A DNA stretch of 58,440 nucleotides, filler included, from Sphacelaria rigidula (lineage: Eukaryota), in the NCBI GenBank assembly GCA_964200075.2. It is 9 parts of 9 records of this genome, joined end to end, with 100 filler letters (N's around TTAATTAATTAA, not from the genome) between each part and the next. Parts side by side here need not be neighbours in the genome. Positions count along the whole stretch, not along the records: positions 1 to 6,405 come from CAXNAA020020271.1; positions 6,506 to 12,910 come from CAXNAA020020272.1; 7 more parts are not named here. The stretch is one strand, 5' to 3'. Below the pieces are notes generated by a model. That model was not told the origin of the DNA. It did no database searches and saw nothing but the letters and a program-made list of their open reading frames with translations. A program made the position numbers and the translations under genes. This document shows positions 1 to 10,921 of this stretch, one piece after another (the first letter of the stretch is position 1; every line of letters begins with the position of its first letter).

Positions 1-558
1 TTTTCCCCTAACCCAACGCCCCGCTATGTGGTTTTTTTTTTTTTTCCCCCTTTGACCCCTTTTTTTTGTTCATCCCCCCCCCCCCCCCCCCCCCCTATCG
101 TTGGATCAGCCAAGACCAAAAGCGGTCAAATTCACCCCTCGTCAATTTTCGTAGTTGGGTGTTGTTTGGAAATTTCTCGCTCAGTATTGGATACAAGTAT
201 TGGGGGGAAAAGCAGTTCGTGCTCAGGACTCGATGCCGAAGTTGGCGGTATCGGGGTGATGCGGAGTAAAACCTCCTTCATCACGGGGTTTTATTGACCG
301 TCACTGGTCCAAAACAGAGTTTGATGTAGAAATTCAGAGAATGCGTTTTCTGCACTTTTTCACAAGAACGATTGAGATTCGCTCAAATCGAGCAAAAATA
401 CCGAAAAGTCAACACCTGAGGCTGTGTAGTCGCAGGATCCCCGAGGACCGATCGGCCCGCAAATGGTACCACGCATCCCTTTCGAGACGGAGCCCCGTTC
501 CTGCGAAACAACTGGTCATGTCCAGAAATGCGAAGAACCGGATGTTCGAGGGTAAAGC

Positions 559-1821
559 TTGGCTACACTCCGTACAGATGCACGAATATTGATCGCAGAA
601 AATTATCTTCTTTTCGAAACGCAGAACAGATGCTGGTATCTCCCGACCCCCAAACTTTGGGATCAAACATTATATGTGACGGGGGCGACGGTCATCGCCC
701 CTGTGACGGCCACTTCCAATACTGCTGCTGCGGATGTCGATACGGACGCTGAGAGCATCCGTGTCACACCCCCCGCCCCCAGCGCGGCAGCGACTGCGCC
801 TGCCGACACGGCGGCTATGGGTAACACCCCTGTTACGGCCACCCATGCGGGATCGGACACTTCCCTGCAGGATGCTGCCGCTACTGGTCCGGCTCCGGCG
901 CCTGCACCCACGTCTCCCACGGACGACCGCCCCCTGTTGGGCGTCGAGCATTGCCCGCCGGGCCTCCTATCCCGGCTCTGGTTGCGTGGTCCCCGCTCCG
1001 ATCAGGAGCAAATCCTCGATGCGTACCGAGCAATGCAACCGGCCACGCCCCCTGCGCCACCCTCACCACCCTCACCCCGCCAAACGGCGGCTGACGCTGC
1101 TAATCATCTCCTTCTTGACGACCTCACAGCACGCCTCACGCGCCAACGTCAGGCCATCGACTCGGCGACCAGCCGCCAGCAGGCGGCTCAAGAGACTTCA
1201 AATGAACGTCTCGCAGCGTTTGACAAGATGCGTGACTCCATTCGGCGCGACGAACAACGTCTGCGCCGATCTACTGCGGCCACGGCCACCGCAACCACGG
1301 CCTTACGCTCCTTGGAACAGGATCAACATCTTCCTCTTCTGAGGACGACGCCGACAGCGCCCTCGCGTGCATACGCTGCTGCTGCCGCTCCTACAGCCTC
1401 GCCTGCGCGCACCCCACCAGCACCACAGCAGGCTCCTCAGGTCCCAACGCCCACTGCCCTCACACCTTGGCTCCGCCTTCAGGAAAGCGAACGTTCTTGG
1501 CTTTCCTGGACGTTCCGTCAACTTTCGGGTAAATACTACCGCAACAACGTTCTCTGCGCTTCCGAGCAGGCTTGGAGCTCGCTCACATTGCCCATAAACA
1601 GTGTGATCGTCCCTTTCCTTCAGCAAGGAGGACAACTACCAAACAACGACCCGGGCGCCCTCACCATCGAACGACTCGTACTGTACCTTACAATCGGTAC
1701 CGGGCACAATCGTCCCACCTACGAAACCGCCGTCGCTGCCCTCTTGAGCGCTATGCGTGCCGCCCACAACACGCTAACACCCGACGATGACGACGACTGG
1801 ATCACACCTCATCCCTCTTGA
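559..1821 (+). CDS. Gag-like ORF, truncated; true start uncertain
   Basis: 420-codon ORF, Ala/Pro/Thr-rich with a coiled-coil-like stretch, directly upstream of the pol remnant. The assignment is positional inference; no zinc knuckle is seen. Confidence 0.55.
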   Translation: MATLRTDARILIAENYLLFETQNRCWYLPTPKLWDQTLYVTGATVIAPVTATSNTAAADVDTDAESIRVTPPAPSAAATAPADTAAMGNTPVTATHAGSDTSLQDAAATGPAPAPAPTSPTDDRPLLGVEHCPPGLLSRLWLRGPRSDQEQILDAYRAMQPATPPAPPSPPSPRQTAADAANHLLLDDLTARLTRQRQAIDSATSRQQAAQETSNERLAAFDKMRDSIRRDEQRLRRSTAATATATTALRSLEQDQHLPLLRTTPTAPSRAYAAAAAPTASPARTPPAPQQAPQVPTPTALTPWLRLQESERSWLSWTFRQLSGKYYRNNVLCASEQAWSSLTLPINSVIVPFLQQGGQLPNNDPGALTIERLVLYLTIGTGHNRPTYETAVAALLSAMRAAHNTLTPDDDDDWITPHPS

Positions 1822-3826
1822 ACAACTCGCCAAGGTTGGAGAACATAACCCCCGCGTACAACGGTGGCTGGAGTTCTTGACTGCTTACCACTACACTGTT
1901 GAACACCGTCCGGGCAAAACCAACGGCAATGGTGACCTTCTTTCGCGATTTCCTCTGCCCCCTACAGCGGTAGATTTGAGTCCCGCTTGCTGCTTGACTG
2001 AACCTGATGAACCATGCATCTACCCCATTCGGCGTTTTTCTACGCCCATCTACGCGCTTGACCTGCAATGCCCTGAAATAGGTCTGCACATGGGGGGCCC
2101 CCGCCCTCTGCCCCCTGATGCAGTTTTGAATGGCTTAGCGCCCACAGCTGCTGATTTTGCCGACTTTCGCACTTTCGGCCCTCGCGCGAACATCTCCGCG
2201 CCGCCACCACCAACTGTTCACCTCATCTCCGACAACACGCGTTCTCGGTCGGCAGCTCGTGCAAATCCTTCGCGTGCCGTGATACCACCGCCGCCGTCGG
2301 CCGCTTCTAGCATTGCGTCGCCGCCGCCGCCTCGTGCCCCCACGAGCCGTACAACATCTATCACAACCGGTCGCGTGCCCAGTTTTGTACCGACAAAGTC
2401 CGCGCCCATTGTGCGCCCAACGCGCCGATCACGTTCACCAGTTCGCGCTACCCCCACGCCGCCTTCTGGGAATCTCCCTGCACCTGCGCCTCTGACTCGC
2501 GATACGCATGCGTCAGATCCGCTTCCGGATCAAGATGTTGACGTCGGCACCCCTGGTTCCTCACCTGTGCCACCCCGTCCTCAGCCACCATGTTTGGTTG
2601 GCTTTCCGGCTGAAGGACAACTTCGAGAATTTATCGCTAGCTACTCTCACCGCGACTGGGCTCGTGTCCAACAACAGGAATCTCTCTGTCGCGCGACAAT
2701 GCGATACTTACGGCTTAACTGCCCCACCCCTTTCCCGGCTGAGATCCTGACCCCCGTGGGCACTCTACCCGTCCCCATCGCCTCTGAAGTGCTCGAGCTT
2801 GCACGCAAAGATACTATCTTCACGACTGACGACGACACCCATTTGCTTGTTTGCCGATCCAACTCCCATTTGGGCACGGCTGCCGCAGTAACAACTGCCA
2901 CTCCGGCACTTATGCGTCATGATGCCCCTATCCGCATCTATGTCTCTATCATGATGCGTCCGTGGGTCATGAAGGGCTGTCACTCTGATTCGTCCTGCCA
3001 CTTGAGCGTCACGCGCACGTTAGCGCTCCTTGAACGCTTTTATTGGTGGATCGGCATGGAAGCATCCAGGCGTTTTTGGATCCGACGATGTTTCAAATGT
3101 CAGGCTCCCCAAACCTCGGGACAGACTGTACGATGGCCGGTGATTTCCCTGGAACTTCCAAACGCTCCTGGTCACTTCGTATCGTTCGACTACTTCGGCC
3201 CTTTACCCACCACTGACCGTGGTAATACCTACACTCTGCTTTTCACCAATCGCTTCAGCCGTCACGCGTCTATGTACGCCGTTCCTGCTAGCGATTTCAC
3301 TGCTGCCGGCACAGGGGGCATTTTTGTCCATGACTACATGAAGCACTATGGCTGCCCGAAACGGCTCCTCTCCGACCATGGTCAACAATTTTGCCCCGAA
3401 CTCTCGGATGCTTTGTACAAGCTCCTCGGCATTCGTAAAATTGCCACGAGCGTTTACCACCCTAACGGTAACGGTGGAACTGAACGTGTGAACCACACTG
3501 TGGCTCAAATGCTATCCACGGTCGTAAACGACCGCCAGAATGACTGGGACCTTCATCTTTCGCACGTCATGCTGTCTTACAACAATTCGGTCAACGCGGC
3601 TACAGGCCTCTCGCCCAACGAGCTGTATCTTGGACGCTACCCTCGTCTGCCCATCACCGTTTTCGAAAGACATACCTTCGATGGTCACCAAGATCTGGAA
3701 CAGGATCAGATGTTCTACCACCACCTCGCCAGGGCTCGTCAGCGCAAGGCTTTCACTTTGGAGCGCGAACAACACGCTATCAACGCCTCACGCCTTGAAA
3801 GATCCAATACCGCCCTCTACAACTGA
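1787..3826 (+). pseudogene. Gypsy pol remnant: RNase H C-terminus, linker, integrase HHCC and DDE core
   Basis: RVQRWLEFLTAYHYTVEHRPGKTNGNGDLLSRFP (end of RNase H region); CHSDSSCHL...FYWW...CFKCQ (HHCC); SFDYFGPLP, LLSDHGQQF, HPNGNGGTERVN (D,D,E); DWD...SYNNSVNAATGLSP. A frameshift or stop occurs near 3826. Confidence 0.92.
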
Positions 3827-4760
3827 TGCACAAACGCCCTACTTGGAAAATCGGCGATTGGGTCTGAATCTACAACAGTTTGTCCACCATCCGTCAAGTC
3901 GCTGACCGCACTGCCTATGCAACGGTCTTGAAGACCAAACTGTCCCTTAATTGGACGGGTCCGTTCAAGGTTCTCATAGTAGGCCCTCGCCAACGTCTCC
4001 AGACGGCAACCAGTTGGCGACAACTCCTCTACCTCGATTTACCTCGTGACCTCCAGGGACATGACGCTGAATCTCGCGTCTCTGTGCATCGTTGCAAGCC
4101 TTGCACGAACCCGCATGACACTACCGACATGCCTCAATACCTGCCTGCAGGTCTCACTCAATACGTGCTCAACAGCTATTCAACAGAATCTCCACCGTAC
4201 CACGTTACCACCGATGACGTGACTTAACAACCTCTCCGCTTGGCCGTGTCCCACATTTCCGGCCACCAAATCACTCGAGGTCCTGGCGGCAGAATAGCTG
4301 TCATGTACAAGACACATTGGCAAGGTCTTCGGCGCGTGTCTTGGGAACGCGAGTCCGCAACATGAGACGCGGTGCTGCAGCCCGCGAACTCCACCGCGAC
4401 AAAGGACTACGTGTTGTAGCCGATGGTTACGAACTCGTACCCACCAAGCAATGGGACGAAAAGATTCGCGTAAAACATCAACCGCTCCCTAAAGGTGCCT
4501 ATTTGTGATATAGGGGCAGCGATTACCTTTGGTGGCTAGGTCAGATCCACTCCGTCGATGCCCTCGCGGCCGACAAGTACATCGTGCGTTTCCTCGACGA
4601 CCCTGGGCTCCTTCAGCTCAAGCTTCGTCCCGATTTTTACACGACTAGCCCCTCCGCACCCCGCGGTTCCTGGTGCCTACAACGCTTCAAGTCACACGGC
4701 CTACGCCGAGGCCTTCAGCGCAATATCGATCGTACACACGACATCAATGCACCATCTTGA
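3827..4760 (+). pseudogene. Disrupted integrase C-terminal region: GPY/F motif, chromodomain-like segment, further aromatic domain
   Basis: LSLNWTGPFKV (~3940-3972); VSHISGHQ...MYKTHWQGLRRVSWERES (4228-4355); GAYL*YRGSDYLWWLGQI...YIVRFLDDPG ending at TGA 4760. Several stops and frameshifts. Confidence 0.75.
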
Positions 4761-5540
4761 GTCCGATTTCTTTGCACTCCCTTTATCGTGATTTTTCTCT
4801 CCTCTCCCAGTTTGGTTCTGATACTTCCCTTATCCCCACTCAGGTACGCTCTCCTCTTCACTGCTTCACCTACTATGACTTTCCTATCGCAGCTCATTTC
4901 TGCCCTCATCGACCCCTCCGGCGCCTTCCTTTGGATCCCCTTCGCCCCCCTCCATTGGCCTCTACGCTGCCACCACTTTGTCCGGCTGGCACCCGACCCC
5001 CTTCGGGTCCTAAAGTTTCTGTTTCCTTGCTTGAGATTGCCACTGTTTACTTCGCGACATTTTCCTTTGCTTTTTATCTAGCTAGCGCATCAAAGCATTG
5101 TGTGCTTTTCCCGTCTGTTCGCTAGCTCGCAGCAGCATTGTGTGCTACTGCGCAGTCAACCGCAATTGCATAATTGCGCTTTTTGAGGCACCTTTGATTT
5201 TTCTCCTTTGAGGTGTGGGAGGATCGGGCATGGGCTGCTCTTTGCCCTCTTGTTTTTTTTCGCGTTGTCTCCTCATGACTTGATGGGTGAGACAAGCCTC
5301 AATTTTAGTTGTTCCTGAGATTTCATCGCAACTCAAATAGAGGTTCGTCTGGGTGGGTAAGTGTCATGAGGAAGGAAGATAGAGAGGCGTTATTTGTTCC
5401 TTCAGATAGTTTGGGGGCAGGTTGACTTACAGATCATTCGATCTGTTCATGGGATTACTCCCATAGTTTTGGGGAAGGTTGGCATGCAGACTTGCGTACC
5501 CTAGCCCCGAGGAGGCGGAACGCCTTCTCGGGCCTAGGTC

Positions 5541-5850
5541 AGGGAGGTTGTGTTGCATGCACCCTTGATCACTCTCTGAGCTGGACCCTCTGCATCTACT
5601 GCTTACCTTTGTTGGTGAGAACAGTAGGGTAGGCGAGCAAGATAATAATAAGTGAGAATAACAATATACCTAGCCTTCGAGCTCCTTTGTTTATTTGCTA
5701 CTGTTGACCAACAGTCGCGTGAACCTGTGCGTGAATCACACACCTGCAGCTCGTTCTGCTCGGACACATTGCACCTTGTGCATTCTACCAAGCCTGCAGC
5801 ACATTGATAACTATTTATCTAAGAAGGTGTGTGAAGTCCTCCATATTACA
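5541..5850 (+). repeat. Candidate polypurine tract plus 3' LTR (TG...CA, ~300 bp)
   Basis: AGGGAGG (5541-5547) precedes TGTGTTG. The segment ends ...TATTACA at 5850, where an unrelated tandem array begins. There is no second LTR to confirm it. Confidence 0.5.
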
Positions 5851-6180
5851 TTAATTTGTTCTACAACGAGCAATGACTCGAGTGCTCGCCCTATACTTTT
5901 TCCCGCATCGAGCAATGACTCGAGTGCTCGCCCTATTATTTTTTTTCCACAACAAGCAATGACTCGAGTGCTCCCCTTATTAGCTTGTTTCCGCAACGAG
6001 CGATGACTCGAGTGCTCGCCCTACTAGTTTGTTTCCACAACGAGCAATGACTCGAGTGCTCGCCCCATTAGTTTATTTCCACAACGAGCAATGATTCGAG
6101 TGCTCGCCCTATTAGTTTGTTTCCACAACGACGAACGACTCGAGTGCTCGCCCTAATAATTTTCACGGCCAACGAGCAGC
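5851..6180. repeat. 44-bp minisatellite, 7 copies plus a partial copy, with palindromic core
   Basis: Core CAACGAGCAATGACTCGAGTGCTCGCCC recurs at ~5864, 5906, 5950, 5994, 6038, 6082, 6126. Confidence 0.95.
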
Positions 6181-6405
6181 CCAACGAGTGCGAGTGCCAC
6201 GAGGTCACAATCATGCTCGTCCGACGTATGGATCATTTTCTTTGTGAGAGTTTTGGGCTGTTTTTTTGCGGGGGGGCTATCGTAGCAAGTGCCCCATCTG
6301 CATTTTCGTATGCCACCAACCGTCCCCCCCCCCCCCCCCCCCCCGCGCACGGGACGCGAGTGGAAGGGCCAAAAGAAACAGTACAGGGAAAAAAAAGAAC
6401 GCAAA

Positions 6406-6505
6406 NNNNNNNNNNNNNNNNNNNNNNNNNNNNNNNNNNNNNNNNNNNNTTAATTAATTAANNNNNNNNNNNNNNNNNNNNNNNNNNNNNNNNNNNNNNN
6501 NNNNN
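6406..6505. other. Artificial contig linker N44-TTAATTAATTAA-N44 (also 12911-13010, 19416-19515, 25921-26020, 32425-32524, 38929-39028, 45433-45532, 51937-52036)
   Basis: Seen: eight identical 100-nt spacers carrying a six-frame stop cassette. The segments between them are 6405 then 6404 bp, as expected for length-sorted contigs. Confidence 0.98.
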
Positions 6506-6609
6506 AACAGCTTCCATAGAAATACCATCGCAACAGCCACCCCCCCCCCGCCCCCGCGGTATGCACAAAAGAGAAAAAAAAAAAAAAAAGGCTGTATTTC
6601 CACTCGCAC

Positions 6610-6987
6610 CTCCAACTGAATCTCATCCACCTCGAGAGCAGACGCCTTCTTATCTCTATAAATCCACCGCGATTTCCAACCCGCACCCGCACCGGCCACC
6701 GAACGCTTCAACCCCGCGCCGCCCCCCCCTCGCCCATCTTCCGCCCCGCGCCGCCCACCCGTCACCCCTCCGCCGCCAGCTCCCCCCGCCGCCAGCCCCT
6801 GCCCCTCGGCCGATGAGCCCCCGCTACGAGCGCGGGCCCTCTCCCGCTCAACCCCCTCCTGCTCGCCAACCCCACGGCTGTTTAGCCGCCTCATGGCATC
6901 GTCATCATCGCCACCTTCCCCTGGTTTCTGCAGCGATAGCCCCAATCGGTGTTCCCCTAGACGCTCCCCCGGGCAGAAGGTGTGCAA
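6610..6987 (-). CDS. Possible Gly-rich coding exon of an unknown gene
   Basis: GC-rich open frame ending ...WKSRWIYRDKKASALEVDEIQLE, followed by a GAG|GTGCGA donor-like site. The acceptor or start is undefined and no family is recognised. Confidence 0.3.
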
Positions 6988-7702
6988 GACATGCCTGACG
7001 CTCGCATGTCGCTCATCGCCAGCGGCAGCGGCGGCGGCAGTAGTTGTCCTCTTATTCCTATAACCGTGGCCGTTTTTCCAACCCCCGACATGAAATTATT
7101 GATTCGTTGAGCGTGGAAGTGCGGTGGGAGGTCGGATGAATGACGAGGAGGGGGGTGTACTCATGATCATGCATAGTCATAAGACCATTGACCTCGCATC
7201 CCTTTCGAGACGGAGCACTCGGAGGGGGTGGGGCGGGGGGGAGTTAAGGCGGGGAGCGTGTAACTTATACAGCACTGGTTGTTGCAGGTCTAAGGTGGAT
7301 GCTATCGCCCATGTTGTAGGCACTAGTTCTTGTTTGACACAAGGCAAGAAAGGACGCAAAAAAAAGGGGAAAATAAGTTTTGTTTTAGCGCACAACAGGC
7401 CCCCTTTTTTACACACATGCATGCTAGCTTCTTTACTTTGTCGTGATCTAAACAATCACAAGGGCGTGTTGGGTGGGGTATTTCCTACCCTCGAGTATTT
7501 TTAAAGAAATGCACTCCAAGCACCCAAAATTTGCGTCGAGTATTGAGCTCGGACCCAACAGTTTCCAAACCTATTTGATATAACCCCGAAAACACTTGGC
7601 GACTTATACACCAAGATTGATGTCTATCATTTATTTGGGAACGAGGCAACAGTCGCTGCTGTTCATTGTCTCCAGAAGTTATAATGTGAACTGTCCGAGC
7701 CG

Positions 7703-7790
7703 GTCGCCCTGGTGGCTCAGTCGGTAACCTCGAAACCTTCTGACGGTTGGGTCGTGGGCTCGAACCTTGGAGCGATCTGGGATTTTTTCT
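7703..7790 (+). ncRNA. tRNA-like Pol III unit (SINE head or tRNA pseudogene)
   Basis: A box TGGCTCAGTCGG (7713-7724), AACC-TTCTGAC-GGTT anticodon-like arm, B-box-like GGCTCGAACC (7757-7766), T run at 7783-7788. Acceptor and D stems are imperfect. Confidence 0.6.
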
Positions 7791-7844
7791 CACACAACGA
7801 CCAACAGTGGAGAACGACTATGTCGTGGGTACACCAGATTCGAC

Positions 7845-7955
7845 TTAACCCTTTGACCGCGAGCGAGAGTCACGGGCTGAATCGGCATCAATATCCACTT
7901 GAAAAAAAGTATGCGTGATCTACATGGGCTACCCGCACCGCGGTGTAAGGGGTAA
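7845..7955. mobile_element. Small piggyBac-type MITE (related copies 42685-42831, 43167-43292)
   Basis: TTAA-CCCTTTGACCGCG ... CGCGGTGTAAGGG-GTAA. It shares an internal GAATCGGCAT motif with the contig-7 copies, one of which has TTAA at both ends. Confidence 0.6.
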
Positions 7956-9049
7956 AAGTCGACGAGGGAATGTTGCTGCTAAACCCCTCTCGCGATAAAA
8001 AATAAAGGCAAACACCACAGAAGAAAAAAGTGGAGAAGCAAATAAGAAAAAAAAGAGAAAAAAAACTCCTGTGTTGGCCTTCCTCCTGTGTGACCCCCCG
8101 CTAGTGCGCCCACATATACCGCAAGGTATGGATCGGCGCCCAGAAAAGATGGAACGACAACACATACTGCCCTAACCCGTGCTTGCATACTGCGTTCACG
8201 CTCATCCCCAAAAATCGTGTCATCAGCGAATGCCTTCCGCAATACCTACCCAAAAGTCGCGCACATGGTATCATACTGACCGCCATGAACAAACGAAGAG
8301 AGTGACATAGCCGGGTTTTGCGATAAAAAAATCATAGCTGTCGCATGCTAAACCTAGGTAACTTGGGATGGAGCATGTGTTACGTTCGTCAGAGGTTCGG
8401 CGGGGGTTCCGCATAGGTCCGACCAGACGTCTTCAATACGTCTTCGAATATCCCTCCCCGTTAAGTTTAAAAAAAAATGTTGACAACGGATTTTCGGTCG
8501 GTAAGGGCCTGTCTTACTTAGCACATGAGTTGTCGATCGAAAAGGCGCGGAGGAAAACAAAAATCCTGTACCTGATAGGTCATGATTTCAACCATCTTCA
8601 AAACCATTTGGATTACGACCTATCAGACCGGGATTTTTGCTTTCCACCGCACAATTTCGATCGACAAGTAATGTGCTAAGACAGGGGGGGCCCAAGACCT
8701 GCATTCACGGGCATAGCAACAAATGATTACGCAGCCCACCGAAACGGTACACTATTCTAGGTTCCAGAATACCAATGCGACAGATTCGTGCACCGAACGG
8801 ACTCCAAGTGCCGTTTCGCCGGTGACGAAAGCTCGCATGTGGGAGTTTGTACTGTTTTTCGCGAGTTCCGAAAAGGTTAGTTAAGGAGGTCGTGAAATCG
8901 TTGATTTGATTCGATTTGACCTGATTTGGCAGATTAATTGATTGACTGTAGCACAGAAACTGATCCCCGCTGCAGCTGTGGTGGAGATTTCTAGTGCTTC
9001 GAAAAAGAAAAGCCTCCACACGTTGGACAAGAGATCAACTTGTCAAAAA

Positions 9050-9310
9050 TTTCACGGTAAGGACGAATCATCAGGACTACGAATGACCAAATCCACGATT
9101 TCTTCAGCCTGATTGCCCAAAAGGGAGAAAAAAAATTGACCTCCTGTCCAAGAGGTATTCACGGAACTTTTGCGCCATTCCACGTGTCTGGGCTGCGTGT
9201 ACCCGAGTTGCAACGCTAAAAACAAAGCCTAGGGATGGAGTCGTATGATTCGAATCAATTATACTAAAACCAAGTAATTTCCAGACGACTCACTATTCGT
9301 CCGACTCGTG
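9050..9310. mobile_element. ~270-bp dispersed MITE-like repeat (copies 25442-25712 reversed, 29518-29783)
   Basis: Three clearly homologous copies on three contigs, with imperfect terminal inverted repeats around GGACGAATC / GATTCGTCC. Confidence 0.8.
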
Positions 9311-9337
9311 AAAAACATCTATAATACTGCGAGCAGT

Positions 9338-9758
9338 AACAGTGGATTCTCGAAAATGGGGTTGAAAAAACTAGAGGTTCAACTCAAAAGCCGTGCTTTC
9401 CCTGACCTAATTTCATGACAAATGGCTTTCATACGAACGACCTCATCACTCTCGACCTCCCTAAACCCATTTCGGGGGATTTCTAGCCTTCCGTTCCCCC
9501 AAAGGGTATGTGCGGAAGCACGAGTTTGGGCCAAAAACGTCATTTTTTCACCCCGAAATCGAGGTAAAACTGTGCTTTTGCACAAACCTTTTGGGGGAAC
9601 GGAAGGCTAGAAACCCCCCCGAAATAGTTTCAGGAGGGTCGGGAGGGATGAGGTCGTCCGTATGGAAGTCATTTGTCATGAGTTTAGGTCAGGGAAAGCA
9701 CGGCTTTAGAGATGAACCTCAGTTTTTTTTTTAATCTCATTTTCGATAATCCACTGTT
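9338..9758. mobile_element. Foldback element with ~190-bp inverted arms and AACAGTGGAT termini
   Basis: The arms are reverse complements over most of their length (e.g. GCCGTGCTTTCCCTGACCTAA / TTAGGTCAGGGAAAGCACGGC), with a short central spacer. Confidence 0.9.
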
Positions 9759-10674
9759 TAGTGTGGAATCTGTTGTCTGTTGCAATGGACGCGAGAGTCG
9801 ATACTGTACGCAGTACACTTTTTGACAATGTGATCTTTTGTCATTGTCCAGGGTGTCAAAACTCCCAAAAATCCTATTTTGGCGATCCAGGGTCGATGTT
9901 CACCATACAGGGCTCAGCGGATGGTGGTGCACTATATCGGAACGACTTGCTGTGGTCGTACTCTCCCAGAGGTTCCTAGCGCACTTTTTCCGATCTGTTG
10001 TGCGCCCAGACTGACTGGCTTTTGGCCGGATAAAACATATATATATATTTCTTAAATCCAAAACAATCTTTGTTTTTTTGCGAGATTGGTGCGTAGTTTT
10101 TGCGAGAACTCGAAGGTTTCAAGGTTATGGTGGGTAGTTTTGGGAAATCGTTTTTCTGGCCTGAAAGAAACCTGGGCGTAACAACGCTTTCGTGATATTG
10201 AGAGTTAGAGCGCAGATCGAGAGTAGCTTTGATCGTTCGCTTGAACTTGGCTAAATTTCCATTCCATATGTGCTTTTTTTCGCCTGGATCACTGGCGTGT
10301 GCTCACAGCTACACGTCGATATCCCACTCAGGGGTATCAAGGACCTCAGTGGCAAGCTATTTCAGAAAGCATATCGGGCCTCGTGGAGGGGTATTTCGGA
10401 ACTGAAACGATTCATTCACTTATTAACCGCCGTTCACTCTCAATTGTATCCTCTACTCTCAATCTCACGAAAAAAATGTTCCGAAAGATCGGGAAAGTGC
10501 TCCATAATAGAATGAATCCACTCCGACTGTAGAGCAGGTCTTTCCGAGGCGCCAGAACCGACAAAACCCGTGTTCGGGTGAACATCGGCGCTGAATCGCC
10601 ATTTTTTTTTTCATTAGATTTTTTTTCGCGTACTAATAGCACAAGAAGCGGCTCAGGAAGATACGTTTGGAGCA

Positions 10675-10921
10675 ATGCTACGGTAGGGGTGCACATTTTG
10701 CGCAAAACCTTGTCTGGTTCAGGGGCTCCGAATGATTCTAGGTGCACAAGAATATGGGTCAGGGCATCCCCGCTTGCAAAATTCATCCGGGATGTCCCTA
10801 GCACATTGGAATAATGAGCCTTGCGTACTCTCACGTATTTCATAAGTTGTGTTTCGGATGAGATAAAGGGCTCCTAACAATTCTAATCTCGGAAACTATT
10901 CGTGTACCCCTACCGTAGCAT
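10675..10921. repeat. Inverted-repeat-bounded segment, possible MITE
   Basis: ATGCTACGGTAGGGGTGCAC ... GTGTACCCCTACCGTAGCAT. Confidence 0.55.

Larger units (their letters stand above)
680..5850 (+). mobile_element. Ty3/Gypsy LTR retrotransposon, internally deleted and disrupted
   Basis: Seen: gag-like ORF, RNase H tail, integrase, GPF motif, chromodomain-like segment, purine tract and candidate 3' LTR, in Gypsy order. No protease or RT motifs and no 5' LTR are visible. The 5' boundary is approximate. Confidence 0.88.

Noticed and set aside
5851..6180. CRISPR array
   Set aside because: The spacers are ~16 nt and near-identical, there are no cas genes, and the context is eukaryotic.
6450..6461. 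TTAATTAATTAA recurring every ~6.5 kb
   Set aside because: Artificial linker within N runs. The periodicity reflects length-sorted contigs, and ORFs ending in X...LIN are artefacts.
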